Assembly (NCBI GenBank): GCA_035510635.1
Contig: DATKGU010000001.1
Span: forward strand, 649 to 64,648
From: Minisyncoccota bacterium
GTDB taxonomy: Bacteria > Patescibacteriota > Minisyncoccia > Phycocordibacterales > SBAW01
Length of the DNA stretch: 64,000 nt
Direction: 5' to 3'
Each line of letters opens with the position of its first letter. Positions within the stretch are counted from its first letter, which is position 1. Of the stretch, positions 10,201-18,117 are shown one piece after another. The notes beneath the pieces are model-generated. The model was given only the letters and a program-made list of their open reading frames with translations, searched no databases and was not told where the DNA came from. A program made the position numbers and the translations under genes.

Positions 10201-10591
10201 TTGTCTTACCGACAGTTCAGGGACAACTTGTTATACTCGTTCTCAGCTTAATGCAGTAGTTGGAAATGCTGCAACGCCCTCCGTCCAAATCAGCACCCCA
10301 ACCACCCCCGTCATCTCAACCACCACCCCTCCCACCATATCTATCCAAGGCCAAAATCCAGCCACCATACACGTCGGCGACACTTACACCGACTTGGGAG
10401 CTCTTGTCACCGACAATCAAGGCCACCGCCTGGGTTACACCACCTACCTCAATGGCACACTGGTATCAACTCTCACGATTGATACAAGCACTACAACAAC
10501 TGACACCATAGACTATGTAGCAACCGACACGTGGGGCAACACAGCAACCTCCACACGCACCGTGATAATTGCCCCAGTCTCTTCCCAGTAA
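7268..10591 (+). CDS. secreted tailspike/tail-fibre-like surface protein (1107 aa): signal peptide, pectate-lyase-like beta-helix, N-x-A-V/I-G repeat region, peptidase S74 intramolecular chaperone domain, C-terminal Ig-like (DUF5011-like) domain
   Basis: N-terminal hydrophobic signal (MNKYFFRNISIKIVASWATVIFVFATLLCSPSAALA). YGVKCDGVTDDTAAMQAAANTG matches the pectate_lyase_3/tailspike hallmark. Long runs of NTAVGYNALNANTSG-type repeats. SDQRLK...GFIAQQVQQIFPELV matches the S74 chaperone-of-endosialidase signature. C-terminal ~230 aa are near-identical to the 27815-30433 paralog. ATG 7268 preferred over track start 7145. Confidence 0.8.
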   Translation: MNKYFFRNISIKIVASWATVIFVFATLLCSPSAALAISYTPGQTLNPACTPTDPTCVVTSTTNQAAIFVATSTTATSTFAGNVSVSGNVAIGSLSGILKAVTGVVTTALVNLSGDVTGILGISNGGTGTSTSPTYGKILVGNGSGGYNLMATSSLGIVTSSAVYATNYGVKCDGVTDDTAAMQAAANTGRVVMYPAGVCKFSTLVISSGGIIGEGEMVLPGSSPNLIPGGTVLLSTDTGSGNTISYVADWSTGNPGVFRNFSLLPSSGTVQKSGGVGIYISGNVSGDGYVNNYTAVDNILIRYFPTSISLQDSAAWTISNSNFLFYRVAGIAAGNLIAPDQGDSSIYATTLFNGNGGEWATEGSGILQTSSGGLKISDTKFNGGKYGYQWAQAGQTSDTLISNSSFENISTAAVDFQNTINTSGSPVRFTNIKITGNQFAGDNRDIYLEPISQYLGSSYWDNIVISGNTFYLATLSSIELDTAREFTIVGNTINGNYSTPVGILIASSDDATGFVGANNISGVGTAVVNNSATVTVSSSNSAVGAFNVSGTGAAYQLFGNTALFASTTNSSLAVGAPEAAGWMTASSSPQWRSIAIGAGALATTPINSAATKNIAVGYNALNANTSGFWNTAVGDSALNSNTSGILNVATGMNALNANTTGGYNVATGFQALYTNTTGSDNAAVGYNVLNNNLTAANTVAIGFSAAVGSGSYSNQGGVYIGYQAGDQVQTGSDYNTIIGYNAGYALTTGARNILIGQSTIPTSYNQVKTGSKNISIGNDVAVASSTASNQLDIGNFIYGTGLSGTGASVSPAYIGFGTTTPYASLEVWGSTNTGSTTVFSVVSSASTTLFSVSANGYATLQNSLYQSSDQRLKTDITTLDASSSLAALLALTPVSYTRIDQPELGTNLGFIAQQVQQIFPELVSTSSPTALTPDGTLTLNYTGLIAPIVKAIQAIASEIVSIQNTIAGFANSFTTKQLCLTDSSGTTCYTRSQLNAVVGNAATPSVQISTPTTPVISTTTPPTISIQGQNPATIHVGDTYTDLGALVTDNQGHRLGYTTYLNGTLVSTLTIDTSTTTTDTIDYVATDTWGNTATSTRTVIIAPVSSQ

Positions 10592-10614
10592 GTGACTTGA
10601 TATATCAAGTCACT
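10591..10614. repeat. perfect 24-nt palindrome agtgacttgatatatcaagtcact at the gene junction
   Basis: Overlaps the stop codon of the preceding gene. Possible hairpin or operator. Confidence 0.5.
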
Positions 10615-10623
10615 ACAAAATCA

Positions 10624-11418
10624 ATGAAAACTTTTGTATTAAGTAGCATCACCTTTCTTGTACTTCTCTCTAGTGCAAGCATTGCTTTGGCCTCCACCGG
10701 CACCATCGACCCCACCAACCACTACGCTTGGAGCGACAACGGAGGCTGGGTCAACTGGTATGCCACTGGAGGGAATGTACAAGTAACAGACACCGCACTC
10801 ACTGGCTACATCTGGTCTGCCGGCTTTGGCTGGATTAACCTTGCTCCTACCAATGGAGGAGTACTTAACACCGGAGGCTACCTCAGTGGCTATGCCTGGG
10901 GAGCCAGCACCGGTTGGATTAGCTTCCTTGGTGTCACCATCGACCAACAGGGCGTCTTCCATGGACACACCGTGGCACAAAACATCTTTGGCACCATGAC
11001 CTTTGACTGTGATAACTGCAAGGTCACCACTACGTGGAGACAGGGAAGCACAAACACAAACACAGGCGGTGGTGGCACAGTGAGTGGCCCTCTTGCGGTG
11101 GGGTATACCAACCCTTCGACAGGCTCATCACAAGCCACCACCTCAACTAAACCTCTGCCTCCAACCCTCATACCCACCTCCAAACCCTCTACCATTCCAC
11201 AACCCACCTCTAAACCACCCTCTTCATCTAAGAGCCCAACCTACACCACTCAAACACCTCTTGTCCCCGTATTTCCAACGAATAATGTAAAAACAAATAC
11301 CAAAGGCGGCAACGCAACCCCACCTTTCACTCCTGCATCTGTTGCTCCAAGCTGCACGTGGTTAACTTGCTGGTGGCAATCAATAATTGGATTCTTTGCA
11401 CGGTTGTTTGGGAGGTAA
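10624..11418 (+). CDS. secreted repeat protein with Pro/Thr-rich linker and C-terminal hydrophobic anchor (264 aa)
   Basis: Signal peptide MKTFVLSSITFLVLLSSASIALA. Three G-W-containing repeats (GWVNWY / GFGWINL / STGWISFLG), a PT-rich stretch, and C-terminal CTWLTCWWQSIIGFFARLFGR. ATG 10624 preferred over 10531. Confidence 0.6.
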   Translation: MKTFVLSSITFLVLLSSASIALASTGTIDPTNHYAWSDNGGWVNWYATGGNVQVTDTALTGYIWSAGFGWINLAPTNGGVLNTGGYLSGYAWGASTGWISFLGVTIDQQGVFHGHTVAQNIFGTMTFDCDNCKVTTTWRQGSTNTNTGGGGTVSGPLAVGYTNPSTGSSQATTSTKPLPPTLIPTSKPSTIPQPTSKPPSSSKSPTYTTQTPLVPVFPTNNVKTNTKGGNATPPFTPASVAPSCTWLTCWWQSIIGFFARLFGR

Positions 11419-11627
11419 ATATCAAAGGGTATCATCACTGAGGAGGAATTTACAGCAAAGAAAAACAATTACTCGGCATTTAAGTTTGGGTGGTCTACCC
11501 ATATACCATTAAAGACCGACCAGCTTGCCTTGTAGAAAGGTTCTCTAGGCGTCTAGGGACGTTTCTGATGATGGAGAACGGTGGGGTATGTGGTTTCCTT
11601 CAACCCGCAATCTAATTCTTCTTCTGT

Positions 11628-11680
11628 GAGGGGATTTTATATTTTTATGCCACAAAAATAGTGGTGTAGTAAATCCCCTC
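11628..11680. repeat. 10-bp inverted repeat gaggggattt / aaatcccctc (33-nt spacer) in the intergenic region
   Basis: Seen directly in sequence. Nearby tgcaggtttatatgcaggt direct repeat at 11717-11740. Confidence 0.4.
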
Positions 11681-11945
11681 CAAAAATGCTTTTGTTCGAG
11701 CCATTTTTATATGGTCATTTTTCATGTATCTGCAGGTTTATATGCAGGTACCTAGAAGTATTTGCAACATTTTTTTGGACAAGTCAAATTGCTGTGCTAC
11801 TGTCGAGGAGTCTTGAAGAAAAAAGTCGAAAACAAGGTTCCTGAGATTGAGCTTGAGTGTACACGAGCTTTCGATCTCCTGTTTAAACTTTTAATCGGCA
11901 CGGACGAAAACGAACAAAAGCCCTTATAAAGTAAAGATAATTGTT

Positions 11946-12131
11946 ATGGATAAAAACTATAAGCATCCGTGGCTCTGTCGCGGGTGTGGGGCGAAGTTGA
12001 AGTGGCCGCTGGTGGTCAAAAGCATTTTTGGAAACGGTTGGGTTTGTTTTGGGTGCCAAGTCAAGGAGTGCATAAACGGTGATTTTATTCGCGGGCACGA
12101 GAGAGGGAAAAACATCCCTCCCCGAACATGA
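11946..12131 (+). CDS. small Cys-rich zinc-ribbon-like protein (61 aa)
   Basis: CRGCGAKLKW...CFGCQVKEC gives two CxxC pairs. First gene of a 3-gene overlapping (translationally coupled) module. Confidence 0.5.
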   Translation: MDKNYKHPWLCRGCGAKLKWPLVVKSIFGNGWVCFGCQVKECINGDFIRGHERGKNIPPRT

Positions 12132-12394
12132 GCGCTGGGCGCGGTGTGCGTTCCAGCTGGCTTGAACACAAATTGGACGAGTTGATGCACGACATCAAAG
12201 CATACGCGGAGGCCCATTCGGAAGCGTGGTGGATTTATAGCACGGACATCGAGATGCAATACGCCGAAGGCGACTACGTACAGTTGTGGGACGAACTTGA
12301 GTGGATGCGGGGCAATGTCAAAAATCCAGCGTTTCGAAATATGTTGACCGAGGCGCTGGAGTTAATAAAAGCAATAAATATCGAGTATGAGTGA
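12128..12394 (+). CDS. hypothetical acidic protein (88 aa)
   Basis: 4-nt start/stop overlap with both neighbours. No recognisable motif. Confidence 0.45.
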   Translation: MSAGRGVRSSWLEHKLDELMHDIKAYAEAHSEAWWIYSTDIEMQYAEGDYVQLWDELEWMRGNVKNPAFRNMLTEALELIKAINIEYE

Positions 12395-13055
12395 TGACTG
12401 CGGAGTGCCGCCACTCTTTCCGGGTTTTAGGCCGGAGGACTTCACAAAGGCGTTCTTCAAATATCCGAGGGTGCTGGAGCAGTACTGGCACGTCATGACG
12501 AACAGCGAGGCCAAGGTGCTCACGTTCCTGCTCCGCATGCTTCCGGGTTTCCAAAAAACACAGGATGCTGTGAGCCTGAGCCAGTTCATGGGTGGCGTCG
12601 GCTCCCACAACAAGGGTACGGGTATCAGTCGCACACAGGTTCGGCGGGCAATCGAAGGTTTAGAGGAAAAAGGGTTCATAATCCGAACGCGCCAGCCAGG
12701 GCGGTCGACGGTGTACCGTCTTCGCTACACCGAAGGATTGGCGGTCGAAACTGTGCCAGTGAAAGAAGCTCCCTTGGAGATTCAACGCCTTATACGGCTC
12801 TTCATGCCGGTCGCCGAGCATCGCGTAGAGACCTACCTACAGGACAGGACGCAGATTAAGGCAATCGAGCGGCTGGTTGAGTACTACGGCGTTGAAAAAG
12901 TTGAGGCCTACATCAACACTCTGCCGACGATTCATGGAAAGCGCTTTATGCCGGTCATCACGTCGCCGGTAGAGCTTGAACAGAAACTGCCGAAGTTGGC
13001 TGACGCTATAAAGCGGCGACGAGGCGAAGAGGGGAACAGTCAAATGCTGTTCTGA
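12387..13055 (+). CDS. winged-helix DNA-binding protein, phage replication-organiser/regulator-like (222 aa)
   Basis: SEAKVLTFLLRM...GISRTQVRRAIEGLEEKGFIIRTR looks like a wHTH. Lies in the phage-like module upstream of the serine recombinase. Confidence 0.5.
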   Translation: MSDDCGVPPLFPGFRPEDFTKAFFKYPRVLEQYWHVMTNSEAKVLTFLLRMLPGFQKTQDAVSLSQFMGGVGSHNKGTGISRTQVRRAIEGLEEKGFIIRTRQPGRSTVYRLRYTEGLAVETVPVKEAPLEIQRLIRLFMPVAEHRVETYLQDRTQIKAIERLVEYYGVEKVEAYINTLPTIHGKRFMPVITSPVELEQKLPKLADAIKRRRGEEGNSQMLF

Positions 13056-13355
13056 CCATGCCCATGCAGGGCACAGCAGCCGGTGCACTGCTTGGGCACA
13101 CACCGGGTACAAAAGTATGCACGCCTACCGTGTCCATGCCACAAACAGAACAATAGTTAATAGAACAATAGAAATTAACAATACTGGTTGAGCTTTTTCT
13201 GGAAAGGAAAAGCTGGAAAAGGAAAGTCGGGCATCATCAGTTTCAGAATGTCCGCACACTGTCCGACTTTTTCTTCGCCAGCAAATGCGCCTGTTCCGCG
13301 TCCAGTAGTTCCAACAGTTTACAACTGCTAACAGCCAATTATTATCAGCCAAATA

Positions 13356-13506
13356 ATGAATGACATCGAAGCACTGCGAGACTACATCATTGCCGACGAG
13401 ATACATCGTATCCAATCGCTGTCACACGAGGAGTTAGTGCGTGAGCTCGTCGAACTCAGTTCTCGGGAGATTGAAAAAATGACTGACTCCCAACTCTTGA
13501 TTAAGT
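13356..13506 (+). CDS. possible small ORF (50 aa) immediately upstream of the recombinase gene
   Basis: ATG 13356 to TAG 13504 (MNDIEALRDYIIADEIHRIQSLSHEELVRELVELSSREIEKMTDSQLLIK). Below the ORF-track length cut-off. Candidate Xis/RDF-like or regulator, speculative. Confidence 0.25.
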
Positions 13507-13527
13507 AGAACCCCCACAAGACCATAA

Positions 13528-15273
13528 ATGAAATTAGATAACTCACAACCTAAAAAAGAACTTCGAGCGGCGATCTACCTTAGAGTGTCGACCTTAGCCC
13601 AGTCCGAGGAGGATGCTTACGGCCTCGATGTGCAGGAGGAAAGAGCTCGTAAGTTTTGCACCTCGCAGGGGTACCTCCTCGATGAAGCTCACCTCTATAC
13701 CGACAAAATTTCCGGAGGTACACGACCGGAGGAACGTGAGGGATTATCCAAACTACTGGCCGCTGCCGAGAGAGGGGAGTTTGACTGCATGCTGGTCTAC
13801 AAAATTGACCGCGTTGCCAGAAACCTAAAAATTTTCCTTGGCATTGTTGAGCAGCTGCTGGCACTTAAACTTATCTTCCGCTCTGTCACTGAGCCAATCG
13901 ACACCTCAACCCCGATCGGGGAGATGGTGATGCAAATTTTGGCAATGTTTGCTCAATTTGAGAGAGGCATGATTCGAGACCGCACTATGAGCGGTCGAAT
14001 ACAAGCTGCCAAACATGGTTCTTGGGTGGGAAGCGTGCCTCCGTATGGGTACATCCTTAATAAAACCACCCGCAGGTTGGAGATTAATCCAAAGGAGGGG
14101 AAAATCGTGAAGCAAATATTTAAGTGGCTGGTGGATGACAAGTTGGCCGTCCACGAAATTGAGCGACGACTAAATGCAATGCAGGTGCCGGCACCATGGT
14201 CGACTAAAATTAGTACCAAAGAAACACAAAACGTTTGGCGCAAGTTCAGTGTAATAAGAGTCTTGGTCAATGAAGTACACACTGGCACCTTTTACTACCG
14301 CAAGTTCCGCAAACCGTTTAATGGCTTGACCAGCATTACTGACCCCAGCCGACTACGGCCGAGAGAGGACTGGATAGAGCAACATTGCGACCCCATTATC
14401 ACGACCGAGATGTACGAAGCGGCAAAGCGTCAACTTACACACAACCGAGAGTTTGCCCGACGCAACCGCAAGCATGAGTACCTATTCTCCAAAATCATCT
14501 ATTGTAGTGGGTGCAAACACAAAATGTTCGGTGGATTCCAGCCCGCTAGGGAAGAGTGGGGATACCAAGGTGGTCGGTACTACCACGGTGTGTATCGTAA
14601 GGACGATGCGCTAGGCAAGACAGCGCGATGCCAGTGGTGCCCCAACTACTCCGAGGCACGGCTTGAGCCGGTATGGGACTGCCTTAAAGATATATTAAAG
14701 AACCCGAAGAACATGACACGGCCTTTGGAGAAATATATACATAAGGAAAAAGACCCCCTGCCGGTCAAGCAGCGGCTTCAGGATATTGATACAGCCTTGG
14801 ATACCATAAGCAGAAAACGTGACCGTGTGGACGCGCTCTATATAAATGAGCAACTGGATGAGCAAAAGTACAAGGCCTATCAGGTCGAGTTCAAGCAAGA
14901 CGAACAGCGGCTTAGGGATGAGCAAACGCACCTCCGACAGACCTTGTTAAGCAAGCGAGAGGTTGCTGACCGCCAGAAAGCGGTGCAGCGCGCATACGAA
15001 CAAGTCAAAGCTCGGCTTGATGCCGTTACCTACGACGAGAAAGCTAAAATCGTCTCATACTTCGTTGAGCGCATCACTCTGCACGCCAAAGAGAACTATG
15101 CGGAGGTGGTGTTCAGATTCTCCAAAGGCACAGACATAGGTACCGTAGCTACCTTGCAAGGAGACAAAGCCTTCCCGCTGGTGCACAAAATCAACACCAT
15201 CCCCGAGAGGGAGCGGAGAGCCACTCTCATGGCAACGAACCCCGAGATGTTCGTGTCGAAGGTGCTGGTGTAA
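13528..15273 (+). CDS. large serine recombinase (phage integrase/transposase-type, 581 aa)
   Basis: N-terminal resolvase catalytic domain (AAIYLRVSTLAQ..., VYKIDRVARN), recombinase domain, Cys-containing zinc-ribbon region (CSGCKHK...CQWC), coiled-coil C-terminus. Confidence 0.9.
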   Translation: MKLDNSQPKKELRAAIYLRVSTLAQSEEDAYGLDVQEERARKFCTSQGYLLDEAHLYTDKISGGTRPEEREGLSKLLAAAERGEFDCMLVYKIDRVARNLKIFLGIVEQLLALKLIFRSVTEPIDTSTPIGEMVMQILAMFAQFERGMIRDRTMSGRIQAAKHGSWVGSVPPYGYILNKTTRRLEINPKEGKIVKQIFKWLVDDKLAVHEIERRLNAMQVPAPWSTKISTKETQNVWRKFSVIRVLVNEVHTGTFYYRKFRKPFNGLTSITDPSRLRPREDWIEQHCDPIITTEMYEAAKRQLTHNREFARRNRKHEYLFSKIIYCSGCKHKMFGGFQPAREEWGYQGGRYYHGVYRKDDALGKTARCQWCPNYSEARLEPVWDCLKDILKNPKNMTRPLEKYIHKEKDPLPVKQRLQDIDTALDTISRKRDRVDALYINEQLDEQKYKAYQVEFKQDEQRLRDEQTHLRQTLLSKREVADRQKAVQRAYEQVKARLDAVTYDEKAKIVSYFVERITLHAKENYAEVVFRFSKGTDIGTVATLQGDKAFPLVHKINTIPERERRATLMATNPEMFVSKVLV

Positions 15274-15285
15274 AAAAGCTGAATT

Positions 15286-15606
15286 TTACTCCGAGTCTTT
15301 CCTCCGCTGAATAGCACGTAGCACCGTAGCGGCTACAAAATCTTTGCGTGCCTCTCCCAATACGGGCAACGCAGCCAGTACAGACGCATTGTTTGTTGGG
15401 AGTAAGTCCACTTTTCCTTCGTTGTAGTTAGTAAGTTGCGTCAGGAACTCATCGAGCCACGATGGTGTTACGGTGAGCACTTCGTCAAAGTCGATTTGGA
15501 TCGCCTCATCAGGATTAAGTTGCGGACGGATAGCATTAAATGCCTCTAGCCCTGCTGGACGAGAAACAAGTACGGAGCCAAATTTTTTAAGTTGAATGGT
15601 TTGCAT
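15286..15606 (-). CDS. STAS-like (DUF4325-type) anti-sigma-antagonist-fold protein (106 aa)
   Basis: Small alpha/beta protein, IDFDEVLTVTPSWLDEFL similar to the SpoIIAA/RsbV phosphorylation loop. Adjacent to and co-oriented with the GHKL ATPase gene. Confidence 0.6.
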   Translation of the reverse strand: MQTIQLKKFGSVLVSRPAGLEAFNAIRPQLNPDEAIQIDFDEVLTVTPSWLDEFLTQLTNYNEGKVDLLPTNNASVLAALPVLGEARKDFVAATVLRAIQRRKDSE

Positions 15607-15618
15607 ATCTAACGTGTC

Positions 15619-16344
15619 TTAAAATAGTATAACAGCATATGTGCCACGGATATTTCCGTCAGTCATCTTAATGTGCATCAATCCGGGGCCGGTAGGGATG
15701 TTAACGAGGCCGATGCCCGAACGGAACAAGAGTCCAATTTCCTTTGACTCTACAACATTGCGGACCACTTTGAGTCCGTTGCCACGCTTCTCCGGGTTTC
15801 TTCCCGAAACAATTTCCGTAAACGCTACCGTTAGAGCATCGACATCGGTAGTAAGATTTGGTCGCACTTGTTGGAGTGTTGCTTTTACGCCACGTCCGCG
15901 GTCTGCAAGAACTATCACCCGCTTTGCAATGTCATATGCATAAAATACACCTGGCACATCAGGCCAGTTACCAACGTTGTGTGCGAAAGAGTTATCGCCA
16001 ATTTCTGCTGCAACCAGTGTGAGGAGCGATGCTAAGTCTTCGGGCATATGCCCCGTTTTCTGCAATTCTATCCCCATCTTAGCCACTCGACTGGTGAAGC
16101 GATCTGGTCGTTCGCAATAATATTCACTTGGAAGTGCTGGCGGTATGGCGCTTGTTGCCCATGCTAATCCAAGCATCTGAAGGTCGAGAGCAAAACTATT
16201 AAGGTCTCGTAGAGCATAATAGCGGTGCTTTCCTCCACTCCGTTCAGCACGAAGCTTCCCGGATTTCTCCCAGTTGCGTAGGGTTTGAACGGATACATTA
16301 AGTATCTTTGCCGCCTCACCTATGCGTACTTTTCCAGTATTCAC
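15619..16344 (-). CDS. excisionase/MerR-type HTH fused to GHKL (anti-sigma-factor-kinase-like) ATPase (241 aa, GTG start)
   Basis: N-terminal IGEAAKILNVSVQTLRNWEKSGKLRAERSGGKHRY resembles HTH_17/excisionase. Bergerat-fold boxes EIGDNSFAH (ExxxNxxxH), ADRGRGV (DxGxG), RGNGLKVV (GxGL). Confidence 0.75.
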   Translation of the reverse strand: MNTGKVRIGEAAKILNVSVQTLRNWEKSGKLRAERSGGKHRYYALRDLNSFALDLQMLGLAWATSAIPPALPSEYYCERPDRFTSRVAKMGIELQKTGHMPEDLASLLTLVAAEIGDNSFAHNVGNWPDVPGVFYAYDIAKRVIVLADRGRGVKATLQQVRPNLTTDVDALTVAFTEIVSGRNPEKRGNGLKVVRNVVESKEIGLLFRSGIGLVNIPTGPGLMHIKMTDGNIRGTYAVILF

Positions 16345-16362
16345 CCTGTCAGATTAGGGTCA

Positions 16363-16396
16363 AAACCTATAAAAGTCAAGATTTGTTTATAGGTTT
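16363..16396. promoter_or_regulatory. palindromic operator AAACCTATAAA-N12-TTTATAGGTTT, 19 nt upstream of the HTH-GHKL gene
   Basis: Perfect 11-bp inverted repeat. Half-site TAGGTTT recurs in a second palindrome and again at 17821-17831. Confidence 0.6.
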
Positions 16397-16426
16397 ATGT
16401 GTAAAACTTACAAAAACAGCCCTTAT

Positions 16427-16451
16427 TGTAGGTTTAACAGGGAAACCTACA
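16427..16451. promoter_or_regulatory. second operator palindrome TGTAGGTTT-N7-AAACCTACA
   Basis: 9-bp inverted repeat sharing the TAGGTTT half-site. Confidence 0.55.
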
Positions 16452-16625
16452 ACCACTGAAATGGCCTTACTATGGGTTCTAAAATTGAGACTTTGGAGGT
16501 CATAATCTTAAAGAGCCGATTCTGTATGGATATTTGTTGGGTTTTGCTATCCTCCTTTCCTAAAAGGAGGAACACAAAAACTCCCAGGGTGTTTTAGCGG
16601 AACAACTGCCAAGAAGTAAAATAAC

Positions 16626-16659
16626 AAAAAAGCTCGGATTTCAATCCGAGCTTTTTTGT
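16626..16659. terminator. bidirectional intrinsic terminator aaaaaagctcggatt tcaa tccgagctttttt
   Basis: 9-bp stem flanked by A-run and T-run. Confidence 0.65.
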
Positions 16660-16695
16660 GATATCGTCTGTGGCGGAACTGTATAGGAGCACCAC

Positions 16696-16908
16696 ATGAG
16701 CGGATATCGAGGCGTCGAGCTTGATTTTGGCGCATATAATTGGCCTCAAAATCGGGTCGAGTTTGACTTGGTGGCGTCGCAAGGCAGCAGATCGGGTTGC
16801 GCCACGACAACACCCCGCACAACCTTTAAGCCCGCGGCGCATGTCACTCCAAGGTTTCGCAAGCGGGACAAGAAGTCCACCAGCGTCGGTAAGAAGAGAA
16901 AGAAATAA
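16696..16908 (+). CDS. possible small basic protein (70 aa)
   Basis: ATG preceded by AGGAG at -8, unlike core genes here that lack SD. C-terminal KR-rich tail. No family recognised. Confidence 0.3.
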   Translation: MSGYRGVELDFGAYNWPQNRVEFDLVASQGSRSGCATTTPRTTFKPAAHVTPRFRKRDKKSTSVGKKRKK

Positions 16909-17096
16909 GGAGAGAGGCCAAAGCGACCCAGGATTATTCCGGTGTCGCTTTTTTAAATGTTGGACCTGCGAGGTCGAACAATTCTCCATATTTTAGAGGG
17001 CTAAAATAACCTTATTAAACAAGGGTCTTGACGACTTGACAAATCTATTGCTTTAACATATAATAGGTAGGAAAGCTCATTCAAAGGAGAGAGCAG

Positions 17097-17600
17097 ATGT
17101 TTCTAAGCTGGAAGTTCAATGAGGAAAAAGAACCTCGTGGGTGGGTTGAAAGGTTCACCAACGGCACTGGTCCTGACACTAAAAAAGAAATACAGCGGAG
17201 ACGACACCTACTTGAAAACGAACGTCCACCGTATCGTGTATACACAGTTGAATGGATGGATACTGATGCAACCATCTGGACTATCGAAAAGTGGTATGTG
17301 AAGGAAGTTACCCTCGCATACATTCTGAAGAAAAATGGTGAGCCTATCACTGGTGGTGGCACCATCCACTTGCCCCGCTTTGTGTATAAATATCCAGATG
17401 GAAAAACGGGTGAGGTGATAATGGAGACATACGCACTTATCCCGTCTTGGTTAGAGATAGAGCCCTTTAAAGGTCAAACCATGATCTGGGGTTTGCGTAC
17501 TGATGGCACTCGCCGCGATGCTGGAAATATATGTGAAAATTTCCTTTGCCAAGAGGTGGCTAAGGACGACAACCTTCACCCTGTTGTGAGATTGGGCTAG
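17097..17600 (+). CDS. hypothetical protein (167 aa)
   Basis: Strong SD (aaggagag) 8 nt upstream. No recognisable motifs. Last gene of the island. Confidence 0.5.
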   Translation: MFLSWKFNEEKEPRGWVERFTNGTGPDTKKEIQRRRHLLENERPPYRVYTVEWMDTDATIWTIEKWYVKEVTLAYILKKNGEPITGGGTIHLPRFVYKYPDGKTGEVIMETYALIPSWLEIEPFKGQTMIWGLRTDGTRRDAGNICENFLCQEVAKDDNLHPVVRLG

Positions 17601-17742
17601 TAGAACACTTGACTGAACTGTAAAGTCTAAATGTAATACAGATCTTTTTCTCTCTTGTCATAACGCCGGAGATTCCGGTATCGGAAATAAAGCCCACCGC
17701 AAGGTAGGGCTTTCGTATTTATGGGGAAGAAGATTATATAGT

Positions 17743-17800
17743 TTGACTTATGGGAGCTAATCGCTTATATTGCTCGTAGCCCTCAAGGGCTCCTTTTTTC
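17743..17800 (+). promoter_or_regulatory. promoter TTGACT-17-TATATT followed by hairpin agccc/gggct plus T-run, upstream of rpsZ
   Basis: Hexamers 17743-17748 and 17766-17771, hairpin 17777-17791 with ccttttttc. An orphan copy of the TTTATAGGTTT half-site lies at 17821-17831. Confidence 0.45.
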
Positions 17801-17891
17801 TAGACGGTGCCGCTTAGTCCTCCTTTATAGGTTTGGGCGAGGCATACCTCCAGAATCATAACCCCGGGGTTACGGGGTGCATCACTCACAT

Positions 17892-18077
17892 ATGGCAAAA
17901 AAGTCTACAGTAGCACGCTCAAACCGCGCACCCAAGTTTAAATCTCGGGTGGTTAATCGTTGCTTCCGCTGTGGTCGCAAGCGCGCCTTTATGCGCGACT
18001 TTGGCATGTGCCGCGCCTGCTTCCGCGAAGCCGCAAATGAAGGATTGATCCCTGGTGTCAGAAAGTCATCTTGGTAA
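17892..18077 (+). CDS. rpsZ: 30S ribosomal protein S14 type Z (zinc-binding, 61 aa)
   Basis: CxxC...CxxC motif (CFRCGRK...CRAC), typical short S14. ATG 17892 preferred over track 17877. Confidence 0.93.
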   Translation: MAKKSTVARSNRAPKFKSRVVNRCFRCGRKRAFMRDFGMCRACFREAANEGLIPGVRKSSW

Positions 18078-18117
18078 TTCACTAAACCCTACACCCTAAG
18101 ATCTATACCCTAATTAT

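Noticed and set aside
13125-13415. 96-aa minus-strand ORF upstream of the recombinase
   Set aside because: Lies in AT-rich repeat-bearing intergenic DNA, has no start context, and overlaps the more plausible small plus-strand ORF.
6819-17876. Complete prophage
   Set aside because: No terminase, portal, capsid, tail tube or lysis genes were recognised. Only the integrase, a small regulatory/replication-like module and tailspike-like proteins are present, so this is an integrative element or remnant.
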